A program made the translations under genes and the position numbers. From NCBI GenBank assembly GCA_019058365.1, contig JAHPZE010000002.1:256001-320000 (forward strand): DNA of 64,000 nt, written 5' to 3'. The notes below the pieces were generated by a model. The model searched no databases. It was not told the origin of the DNA and saw nothing but the letters and a program-made list of their open reading frames with translations. Each line of letters begins with the position of its first letter. Position 1 is the stretch's first letter. Positions 49,615-57,638 of this stretch are shown piece after piece. This stretch comes from Promethearchaeota archaeon (GTDB taxonomy: Archaea > Asgardarchaeota > Lokiarchaeia > Sigyniarchaeales > SOKP01).

Positions 49615-50526
49615 TTATACTAAATGATGAAATTCTTCAGCATTAATAATGACTTCTTTTAAAATTTGAAAGTTTTTATCCTCTCCATGAATTAAAAATA
49701 TCTTATTTTTGATTGGAATTGCTGCTTCTTTTCCGATTAAAACCCATTCTTCTTTAATTAAATTTCTAACTATTGAACCTTCTTTAAATTTAATATAAAC
49801 TAATGCTCCTAAAAAACCATTAAATTTAGTTTCTTCAAGTTTCACATCTTCAAAGTCGGGAATTTCATTATTTTTACCTTCATTTTTAATCTCATATTCA
49901 GTTTTACTCAATAGCAAATTTAAATTAGCTTGAATTAAATTAATATCATTCTCTATATTTCTTTTATAATTGTACTCGAAAATGATAAGACCACATTCCT
50001 GTGTAAATGTTCCTTTATGACCTATCAGTTCATAATCATATACTATTCGACCTAAAGATTCTGAATGTTCGATAACTTCTGATTTTACTTTCCATCTCTT
50101 TGAAATAAGAGGTTCTATGTATTTTTGAGAACCAGGATGGATGGTATCAATCGTTAACTCTTTTTTTTCTTGATATAGTTTATCTAGAGTATCGCCAATA
50201 TACAACCTCTTTTGTTTTAGGTTCTCAATCTTTCCTTCCAGATTAACTAATATTTCATTAAAAATTTCCAAGGGGGGTTTAGCTATAAATTTCATCCTTC
50301 GAGGTTGTTTTCTTATTTCTAAAACCTCAATCCAACCTTTATCACTCAGTTTTTCTAATATTCCATATAATGTTGTTCGTGCAATTTGAAGATTATATTT
50401 TAATCTTCCTACCATATCGCCATTGTGCCCTCTTTCAACTAATGCTAAATAGACTATAGCTTCGTCAGCAGTTAAACCAAAATCTTGTAAATCTTGAATA
50501 TATATTTCTTTTTCCTTATCTTTCAT
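49615..50526 (-). CDS. TrmB-like HTH regulator; paralog of the C-terminal part of the gene at 54346
   Basis: LQDFGLTADEAIVYLAL...ARTTLYGILEKLSDKGWI HTH; shared CGLIIFEYN C-terminal domain. Confidence 0.8.
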   Translation of the reverse strand: MKDKEKEIYIQDLQDFGLTADEAIVYLALVERGHNGDMVGRLKYNLQIARTTLYGILEKLSDKGWIEVLEIRKQPRRMKFIAKPPLEIFNEILVNLEGKIENLKQKRLYIGDTLDKLYQEKKELTIDTIHPGSQKYIEPLISKRWKVKSEVIEHSESLGRIVYDYELIGHKGTFTQECGLIIFEYNYKRNIENDINLIQANLNLLLSKTEYEIKNEGKNNEIPDFEDVKLEETKFNGFLGALVYIKFKEGSIVRNLIKEEWVLIGKEAAIPIKNKIFLIHGEDKNFQILKEVIINAEEFHHLV

Positions 50527-50580
50527 ACTTTTTCATAAATTATATAATAATTAATTAACATTTTTTATTATATAAATATG

Positions 50581-50600
50581 TTGTCGAGAAAGGACGACAA
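50581..50600. promoter_or_regulatory. Palindromic operator candidate TTGTCG-N8-CGACAA
   Basis: Perfect 6-bp arms in the divergent promoter between the TrmB-like gene and the methyltransferase; same core as the site at 57089. Confidence 0.6.
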
Positions 50601-50664
50601 TAAGAATTTATTTAAATAGAATTCTTATTTTTGTTTATTTAGATAATTTAAAAATTGAAATAAG

Positions 50665-51366
50665 ATGATAATTGTGAGTAAAAGTAAAAAAATATGTGAA
50701 AGAATCCCTGAGGGTGAAGCAATATTAGATCAGATTGACTTCACAACAGAAGAATATAGTGAAGCATGCAGAAAAATGGAAGGAGAATATCGGCGTTTGA
50801 TAAATTTCATATTTAAAAAACTTGATATTAAAGAAAATTCAAAAATTTTAGAGATCGGGCCAGGACCAGGATGGATTGGAATTATGATGGCAAAACAAGA
50901 TCCTTCACTGACAATAATTGGAATTGAACTTTCTAAAGATATGATGCGTGTAGCTAATAAAAACATAAGAAAGGAAGATATTGATGATCGAATTTCTTAT
51001 ATTCACGGAAATGCTGAAAATATGTATCAATTTTTAGATAATACATTCGATGTTGTTTTTGGAAATGGTACCCTTCATCATTGGGAAAATCCTATAAATG
51101 TATTTAATGAGATTTTTAGAGTTCTGAAACCAGATGGTGTTTTTTGTATTTCTGATGGTCGACGAGATATAAGATTAGGAGCAAAAGTAATTTTTCATAC
51201 AATGAAATGGTTTATCCCTAAATTTATGAGAATTGGTTGGAAAACTTCAATAAATGCGGGATACACACCCGAAGAATTAACAGAAATATTAGATCAATCA
51301 AATCTAAAAGAAAATTATGAATTAAAAGCTGATCTTTTTGATATATTAGTTTATAATAAAACTTAA
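50665..51366 (+). CDS. Class I SAM-dependent methyltransferase
   Basis: ILEIGPGPG and RVLKPDG motifs. Confidence 0.9.
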   Translation: MIIVSKSKKICERIPEGEAILDQIDFTTEEYSEACRKMEGEYRRLINFIFKKLDIKENSKILEIGPGPGWIGIMMAKQDPSLTIIGIELSKDMMRVANKNIRKEDIDDRISYIHGNAENMYQFLDNTFDVVFGNGTLHHWENPINVFNEIFRVLKPDGVFCISDGRRDIRLGAKVIFHTMKWFIPKFMRIGWKTSINAGYTPEELTEILDQSNLKENYELKADLFDILVYNKT

Positions 51367-51386
51367 TATAAGAAAGGGAAGAATTA

Positions 51387-51854
51387 ATGCCACAAATTGC
51401 AAAGGGAGGAAAATATTTATTTGGATGGTCAAGAGTAGGAAATCAAGGTAAAATTAACATTCCTCCCGAAGCTTTTAATGAGTATAATTTAAAACTGGAT
51501 AAATATGCCATCTTATTTTCAGGTAGTAAAACTTCAGGTGGATTTGGATTAAGTTCTGTGAGGATTTTAAAAAATTCCATCATGAAAGAATTAATAGACA
51601 AATATACTTCACTAGCCAATTATAAGATACCTGAGGGAGAGGTTATCGAATTTAAAAATAAAAAATACTGTTGGGTAGCAATCCAAAAAGATAGAAGTAT
51701 AAATCTATCAGAAAAGACTTTAAATGCGTTTGGAATTAAGAAAAACGATAATTTGCTCTCCGGAAGAGGTAGCCATTTAGCTATCGGATTTATCGCAAAA
51801 GGACCAATATTTAAAGAAGCAAAAAAATATCCTGAAATTGAATTTTTTGAATGA
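51387..51854 (+). CDS. Duplicated AbrB-like (swapped-hairpin) protein
   Basis: VGNQGKINIPPEAFNEYNL and a second repeat INLSEKTLNAFGIKKND. Confidence 0.6.
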   Translation: MPQIAKGGKYLFGWSRVGNQGKINIPPEAFNEYNLKLDKYAILFSGSKTSGGFGLSSVRILKNSIMKELIDKYTSLANYKIPEGEVIEFKNKKYCWVAIQKDRSINLSEKTLNAFGIKKNDNLLSGRGSHLAIGFIAKGPIFKEAKKYPEIEFFE

Positions 51855-51886
51855 AGATAGTCGTTATATTTAAATAGTATGATTCG

Positions 51887-51924
51887 TATGATCATATTAA
51901 TATGATCATACCTATATGATCATA
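51887..51924. repeat. Three perfect TATGATCATA palindromes with a 14-bp period; putative operator array
   Basis: Copies at 51887, 51901 and 51915, with degenerate copies at 51878 and 51929, directly upstream of the AbrB gene. Confidence 0.8.
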
Positions 51925-51943
51925 TCAATATGAATCTTAAAAG

Positions 51944-52402
51944 GTGATTAAAATAACTGAATTTCCTGGTAAAAAAGGAAAATATTTTTTTGGCTCAGTA
52001 AAGGTTGGGGAACGCGGTCAAATTGTTATTCCCCTTAAAGCTAGAGAAGTTTTTGGAATTGAAGCTAAAGATGAAGTATATATTGCTGGAGAATTAAATA
52101 AAGGATTAGGTTTAGCTAAAAGTTTGGATATCGATATAAAAGAGTTAGAAAAACATGAACATTATTTTGGTACTGCTAAAGTTGGTGAGCGAGGACAGAT
52201 TGTTATTCCACAAGAAGCTCGAGAAATCTTTAAAATAAACTCTGGAGATTTAATCCTAATATTTGGAGATATTAAAAAAGGAATTGCCTTTACGAAAGCA
52301 ACAAAATTGAAAAATTTTGCTATAAAGCTATTTCAATCATTCTTAGGAGGCTTCGAGGATATTCAGGAAAACAATAGAGGTGATTTTAATGAAGAAGAAT
52401 AA
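51944..52402 (+). CDS. AbrB/MazE-family regulator with two tandem domains
   Basis: KVGERGQIVIP motif occurs twice. Confidence 0.9.
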   Translation: MIKITEFPGKKGKYFFGSVKVGERGQIVIPLKAREVFGIEAKDEVYIAGELNKGLGLAKSLDIDIKELEKHEHYFGTAKVGERGQIVIPQEAREIFKINSGDLILIFGDIKKGIAFTKATKLKNFAIKLFQSFLGGFEDIQENNRGDFNEEE

Positions 52403-52922
52403 AAATCAATCAAATATTGATTTTAGATTTATGTCATTTTTCTTTAAAATTCGTGATAAAATTCACCCTCCTATAGAAAAAATTATAAAAGCCAACATTA
52501 AACAAGGAGATATAGTTTTAGATTATGGTTGCGGATCAGGAAGTTATTCAATAGCTGCTGTTGAGATAGTAGGATCAAATGGGAAAATTTTTGCTGCAGA
52601 TATTCATCCATTAGCATTGGAGAAAGTCAGAAAAAAAGCTGAAAAAAAAGGTTGTACTAATATTGAAACAATTCAAACCGATTGTGCTACTGGATTAGAT
52701 AATGAATATATTGATAAAGTAATTTGTTTTGATGTATTTCATGACATCCCTCATAAAAATGATCTATTAAAAGAATTTCATCGAGTTTTAAAATCAAAAT
52801 CAATACTTTCCTTTGATGATCATCATATGAATGAAGATGAGATAATAGATTGCATCACTTCCAAAGGGCTCTTTAAATTAGTTGAAAAGAAGGATCAACA
52901 ATATAATTTTATTAAAATCTAG
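52389..52922 (+). CDS. Class I SAM-dependent methyltransferase
   Basis: VLDYGCGSG and EFHRVLK motifs. Confidence 0.88.
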   Translation: MKKNKNQSNIDFRFMSFFFKIRDKIHPPIEKIIKANIKQGDIVLDYGCGSGSYSIAAVEIVGSNGKIFAADIHPLALEKVRKKAEKKGCTNIETIQTDCATGLDNEYIDKVICFDVFHDIPHKNDLLKEFHRVLKSKSILSFDDHHMNEDEIIDCITSKGLFKLVEKKDQQYNFIKI

Positions 52923-53705
52923 GTGGAAACAAAAATGGAAGATAAACCTAAATATGGATGGTATGTGAAGGATCTAATTATTGGATTCAATATCATAGGA
53001 TTAATAGGATTATCTGCTTTTATTTACGGATTTTTAATAGACGGTATAGCACAAATATTTCTAATAATTTCAGGATTAGCTGTTGTTTTGGTATTTTTAT
53101 GGCCAGGTATCGGAATGATAATACTGAATCTATATTTATTACGAAAAATACCTAAAATAGATTTAATTGCTAGAATGAAAGCATTAGATGAAATAAGTAA
53201 TCCACAGATTTTAGATGTTGGATGTGGAACTGGAAGAACAGCAATTAAGATTGCTAAGGCATTAAAAAATGGAGGACATTTATTTGGAATTGATATTTAT
53301 TCGAAAATGGCAATTTCAGGAAACAGTTTAGATACTGTACAAAATAATGCTATAGTTGAAAAAGTGGAAGAAAGAACTACGTTTAAAAATGGTTCTGCTA
53401 TAGACATCCCTTTTGAAAACAATAGTTTCGATATTGTTAATGTTTCTTCAGTACTCCATGAAATACATGATCCAAACGGGCAAGATAAAGCAATGAAAGA
53501 GCTTTATCGAGTTTTAAAACCGGGTGGATATCTTTACTTGAGTGAATGGAACCGAACGTCATGGCAATTAATAGCATTTAGTGGGTTGTGTTGCTTTGTT
53601 TTTAAGCATAAGGATTACTGGGAGAAATTACTCAAAGAAAATAAATTTAAGAATATAATATATGAGAACATCACAGGTTTTGGAATTTTTACCGTAAGAA
53701 AATAA
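52923..53705 (+). CDS. Membrane-anchored class I SAM-dependent methyltransferase
   Basis: Two N-terminal TMs; ILDVGCGTG and RVLKPGG motifs. Confidence 0.88.
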   Translation: METKMEDKPKYGWYVKDLIIGFNIIGLIGLSAFIYGFLIDGIAQIFLIISGLAVVLVFLWPGIGMIILNLYLLRKIPKIDLIARMKALDEISNPQILDVGCGTGRTAIKIAKALKNGGHLFGIDIYSKMAISGNSLDTVQNNAIVEKVEERTTFKNGSAIDIPFENNSFDIVNVSSVLHEIHDPNGQDKAMKELYRVLKPGGYLYLSEWNRTSWQLIAFSGLCCFVFKHKDYWEKLLKENKFKNIIYENITGFGIFTVRK

Positions 53706-53712
53706 ATTTTTT

Positions 53713-54255
53713 TTATTCTATTTTTTTATTTTTAAAAATAATACCTTCTTCAATCCAACTCCAATGTAACATTGGTCGTCTAAATTCTCCTTCAAATTCA
53801 AAACTAGATTTTTTTATCTGTTCTTGGACTTTATTTAATTGAATTCCATAAGAACCTATATGAGTAGCATGATAAGATAAAAATCCGGATTTATCTTTTA
53901 AAACTCGATGTATTTCATTTAATAATTTGATTCTATCTTCTTTATCGAGTAAATGATACACATCATACATTAACACAACATCTATAAAATTGTTCTTCAA
54001 TGGAATCGATATTTTTTTCAAAGTCTTTATGATTTCAATATTCTTAATATTTTGAGACTTAATTTTATTAGATAATTCCTCTAAATGATCTTCATCGTAA
54101 TCAAGAGCATAAATTTTACCAGTATTTCCTATAATTCGCGAAGCAATTATTGAATATACTCCTGTTCCACATCCAAAATCTAAGATTTTTTGTCCACTTT
54201 TAATTCCAAATTCTCTAAGTATGCTTTCTCCCTTTGAATTTAACCATTCTTCCAT
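53713..54255 (-). CDS. Class I SAM-dependent methyltransferase
   Basis: ILDFGCGTG and EIHRVLK motifs. Confidence 0.88.
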   Translation of the reverse strand: MEEWLNSKGESILREFGIKSGQKILDFGCGTGVYSIIASRIIGNTGKIYALDYDEDHLEELSNKIKSQNIKNIEIIKTLKKISIPLKNNFIDVVLMYDVYHLLDKEDRIKLLNEIHRVLKDKSGFLSYHATHIGSYGIQLNKVQEQIKKSSFEFEGEFRRPMLHWSWIEEGIIFKNKKIE

Positions 54256-54345
54256 GTTTATTTCTACTTTTTATTATTTATTAAAATAAAGGATATGAAA
54301 AATTTCTATAATAAGAAAGAATTGTGAAAAACATAAAAATAGCCT

Positions 54346-55596
54346 TTAAAGTTTTAAGATAATACTCAATAAAATTGGAAATTGTTCTTCAGAACCCCAA
54401 ACGACATAGATTTTATTTTGAATAGGAACAGCTACATGCCTAGCTGCTACAATCCAATCCAATCCAACATTATTTCCCGTCTCAGTTCCTTCTTTAAATT
54501 TAAAATACATTGTCATTCCTAAATAATCTTGAATTTTTATATCCTCAATTTTAATATCTTCAAGATCAAGAATCGTAAATTCTTTTATATCAAGATCGGG
54601 TTGTATTGGTTCTCTCATTTTTTCTGAAGAAAGTTGTAATGCTGCTCTGATAATAACTTCTTCCTTTACTTTTTTATTATATTCAAAAATAATAAGACCA
54701 CAATCTTTTTCCTTTCCCGTTATTCCAAGGGTGTTAAAATCAAACGATTTTTTGCTGTATAATTGAAAATCTTTCTTTATTTCTGAGATATCCATCCATC
54801 CATTCTCAAGCGTCTCACCCATTATATACCGAAAACTCTTTAAAATTTTTAATTCCTCTTCTTTTTGTTGAATTCTTTCATCAAATATGCTTGTTAAGGG
54901 TCTTGCTACAAAATATTGTGCACTTTTTGGTAATAATGGCAATTTTATTATCCATTCTTTGCTAATTAAACGATCAATAATACGATAGATAGTTGTTCTT
55001 TTAATGGATAAATCTTCATCTAACTCACCTACTTTTGCCCCTTTATTCCCCTTTCTTAGCAAAGCTAAATAAACTTTGGCCTCTTCAATACTCAACCCAA
55101 ATTTAAGTAATCCAAGCTCTTGCAAATTATTTGTATCATCAAGAAGTATTCTTGGAGTTGCCCATTTTAATTCTTCTACTTTTCCTAACTGGGCATCTAA
55201 ATCCATATAAGGCTTTTTTGAACTTAAATTGTGTAATGTTCGAGATGCTTCCATCATTCCGAGTCGCATTATTCCATCTGGAGCAATTTTACAAATAATC
55301 TTCCTCTCTTCATCTTTAAAACCTAAAATTCTTCCTTTTTGAATAGGATCTATCCCAATCAATCTTTCAGGAGTACACTGTATTATTACGTATTTAATAT
55401 CTGAAATTGTAAGATAAGTATGCTTCATTAATTTCCAAACCGAGATAATTTCATCAATATCTTCGCTAATATTCCAATTCTCTGTTGAATATTCTATTTC
55501 TCTATCTCCTTTAATTATTGCGGCTGAAATTGTTTTTGATTCAGATTCTATGAGTTTATTTAGAGCATATTTTACCTTTTCCATATTTAGCTTCAT
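54346..55596 (-). CDS. Profilin-like domain fused to a TrmB-like HTH regulator
   Basis: The N-terminal ~125 aa carry Asgard-profilin hallmarks (AAII..D..I.YSTENWNIS, IKYVIIQCTPERLIG...KGRILG). These are followed by FGLSIEEAKVYLAL...RTTIYRIIDRLISKEWI and the CGLIIFEYN domain. Confidence 0.72.
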   Translation of the reverse strand: MKLNMEKVKYALNKLIESESKTISAAIIKGDREIEYSTENWNISEDIDEIISVWKLMKHTYLTISDIKYVIIQCTPERLIGIDPIQKGRILGFKDEERKIICKIAPDGIMRLGMMEASRTLHNLSSKKPYMDLDAQLGKVEELKWATPRILLDDTNNLQELGLLKFGLSIEEAKVYLALLRKGNKGAKVGELDEDLSIKRTTIYRIIDRLISKEWIIKLPLLPKSAQYFVARPLTSIFDERIQQKEEELKILKSFRYIMGETLENGWMDISEIKKDFQLYSKKSFDFNTLGITGKEKDCGLIIFEYNKKVKEEVIIRAALQLSSEKMREPIQPDLDIKEFTILDLEDIKIEDIKIQDYLGMTMYFKFKEGTETGNNVGLDWIVAARHVAVPIQNKIYVVWGSEEQFPILLSIILKL

Positions 55597-55643
55597 CTTC
55601 TCTTTTTATATTAAGTTAAAAAAAAAAAATATTTTACAATTAG

Positions 55644-55850
55644 TTATTTTTCTCCAAATTTTTTTTTTATTTCATCTAATACCTTTTTAAAATAGCTTTT
55701 TTCTTTAGATTCCTGAATTTCTATAAAATAGTCAGGCACGATTAATTTCTTAGATTCTCTTTTTATCTCTACGTCTATCCAAATTATCCCATCATCCAAC
55801 ACGATACAAGGTATACCTTCCAAAAGTTTTATTCGTGTCATTTTCATCAC
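55644..55850 (-). CDS. Small hypothetical protein downstream of actin
   Basis: 68-aa ORF starting 27 bp after the actin stop on the same strand. Confidence 0.55.
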   Translation of the reverse strand: MMKMTRIKLLEGIPCIVLDDGIIWIDVEIKRESKKLIVPDYFIEIQESKEKSYFKKVLDEIKKKFGEK

Positions 55851-55877
55851 TTTTAATTAATTTTTAATTGAAAGAGT

Positions 55878-57023
55878 TTAAAAACATCGATGGATAACTT
55901 GAGGCCCCATCTCCTTGTATTCTCTTCGAGTAATCCACATTCTATGAAATGTTTTTAAGGAACTTAAGATAGATCCTCCTATCCACACAGAATACATTCT
56001 TTCTGGAGGAGCGATTATCTTTACATCTATAGATTCAGCAACTTGTTCCTTTATTTCTCGAGTTAGACGTTCTTTAATTCCCGGAAACATTGTAGAACCA
56101 CCTGAAAGGACAATATTACTATAAAGATCTCTTCGTAAATCTACATCGCATTCAGAAATTGCTCCTACTACTACATCATCTAAAGGAGCTAATTCCTTAC
56201 CAACCACAGAAGGATTAAATAAGCACTCTGGAGCTAAGAATCTTTCAATCCCTATTGTAATTGTTTCACCATCTGGAAGCATGAAATTCTTTGCCATACC
56301 AGCTACTTTATTTGAAAGTAAAATCTCTTTTTCAGGTTCAATAGCAACATAGCAAAGTTTTTCTTTTATTTCTCTTACAATCTGTTTTTCTGCAGAAGTA
56401 TAAAATGAGTATCCATTTTGCCTTAATAATCTTTGTAAGTACGTTGTAACATCCCTTCCAGCAAGATCAATTCGCTCTATTGCATGGCTTAATGCAAATC
56501 CCTCAAAAATTGGTACAATATGTGCTACTCCATCCCCTATATCTACTACACATCCAGTAGTTCGACCAGAAGCGTAAAGTGATAAGACTGCTTGTGTTGC
56601 GATATAAAGAGCAGGAACATTGAATGTCTCGAACATTATTTCGGCCATTTTTTCTCTATTCGATCTTGGATTTAAAGGAGCTTCTGTTAATAACACTGGA
56701 AATTCTGAAGGATCGATTCTTAGATCAGTATAGAATGTATAATGATATATTCTTTCCATTGCTGGCCAATCCTCAACGACTCCATGTTCAATAGGAAACT
56801 GTAAATTCATTATTCCTTTTAATTCCATAGCTTCCTCACCAATATACCACTCACGGCTATAATCCTTTACATCAGGCATAATATTTCCATATTTTGGTTT
56901 ACCGATAACAGTAGGGAATACTGAACGAGGTTGATCTTCTCCTCCAAATCCATTTTTTGATATCCCTGTCCCATTATCTATAACAATTGCTCTATTTTTT
57001 CTAAAATCCCCGTTGACTGAAAT
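55878..57023 (-). CDS. Actin (Lokiactin-type), about 381 aa, probable ATT start
   Basis: The frame extends 48 codons upstream of the track ATG and includes IVIDNGTGISKNGFGGEDQPRSVFPTVIG. LLTEAPLNP, LYASGRTTG, LSGGSTMFPG and APPERMYSVWIGGSILSSL are also present. GAGGTGG precedes the ATT, and an in-frame stop lies at 57042-57044. Confidence 0.93.
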   Translation of the reverse strand: MSVNGDFRKNRAIVIDNGTGISKNGFGGEDQPRSVFPTVIGKPKYGNIMPDVKDYSREWYIGEEAMELKGIMNLQFPIEHGVVEDWPAMERIYHYTFYTDLRIDPSEFPVLLTEAPLNPRSNREKMAEIMFETFNVPALYIATQAVLSLYASGRTTGCVVDIGDGVAHIVPIFEGFALSHAIERIDLAGRDVTTYLQRLLRQNGYSFYTSAEKQIVREIKEKLCYVAIEPEKEILLSNKVAGMAKNFMLPDGETITIGIERFLAPECLFNPSVVGKELAPLDDVVVGAISECDVDLRRDLYSNIVLSGGSTMFPGIKERLTREIKEQVAESIDVKIIAPPERMYSVWIGGSILSSLKTFHRMWITRREYKEMGPQVIHRCF

Positions 57024-57088
57024 TTTAAAACCACCTCTTTTTTATTTTATTGTTTTATAGATAGAATGAAAATCATAATATTTAAAAC

Positions 57089-57108
57089 TTGTCACATAAT
57101 GGTGACAA
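57089..57108. promoter_or_regulatory. Palindromic operator candidate TTGTCAC-N6-GTGACAA upstream of actin
   Basis: Perfect 7-bp arms, 20 bp long like the site at 50581, next to a TATA-like box. Confidence 0.6.
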
Positions 57109-57187
57109 TTATGTTATGCAACTTTAACAACAATCAAGAAATCAAAAATAATTATTTTAAAATTATTATAAAGCAAAGAAGAGTATA

Positions 57188-57616
57188 ATGACGCGTTTAA
57201 CTAGTACTGAAATAAGTTGTCTTCACTGTCAAAATTCTTTTCGAGTTAATTGGGAAGCATCAATTAATACTTGGTTAAATCCAGAATTAATCCAAAAATT
57301 ACTTGATGACAAATATTACTATAAATGTCCGAATTGTAAGAATCAAATACATTTAGTTACAAAGATATTAATTAATTGTCCTAAAGGTATGTTTTGGATA
57401 TCAAATGATGAAGATTTAGAAATCAAAAAAAGAATTTTAAAAGAATATAATGTTTTAAATGAAGAGGGTAAGATTTTAACTCCTATCATAGGCATAGATC
57501 GTCCTGAGGTAAATCACACTAGTTTAATTTCAGAGATAGGTGATGAAATTCAAAAATTATATGATGAATTTTTAAAAAAAGACACAAATCAAATAAATGA
57601 AAAGAAAAATGAATAA
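57188..57616 (+). CDS. CpXC-type zinc-binding protein
   Basis: ISCLHCQ...SIN...NPEL...YKCPNC pattern. Confidence 0.75.
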   Translation: MTRLTSTEISCLHCQNSFRVNWEASINTWLNPELIQKLLDDKYYYKCPNCKNQIHLVTKILINCPKGMFWISNDEDLEIKKRILKEYNVLNEEGKILTPIIGIDRPEVNHTSLISEIGDEIQKLYDEFLKKDTNQINEKKNE

Positions 57617-57638
57617 TAAAAAAATAGAGAGTCGTTAT

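Noticed and set aside
51878-51938. Possible CRISPR array
   Set aside because: The repeats are only 10 bp with 4-bp spacers and no cas genes are present. An operator array fits better.
50665-54255. Arsenite methyltransferase (ArsM) among the methyltransferases
   Set aside because: The conserved ArsM cysteine pattern is not evident, and the cluster is more than 14 kb from the ars locus.
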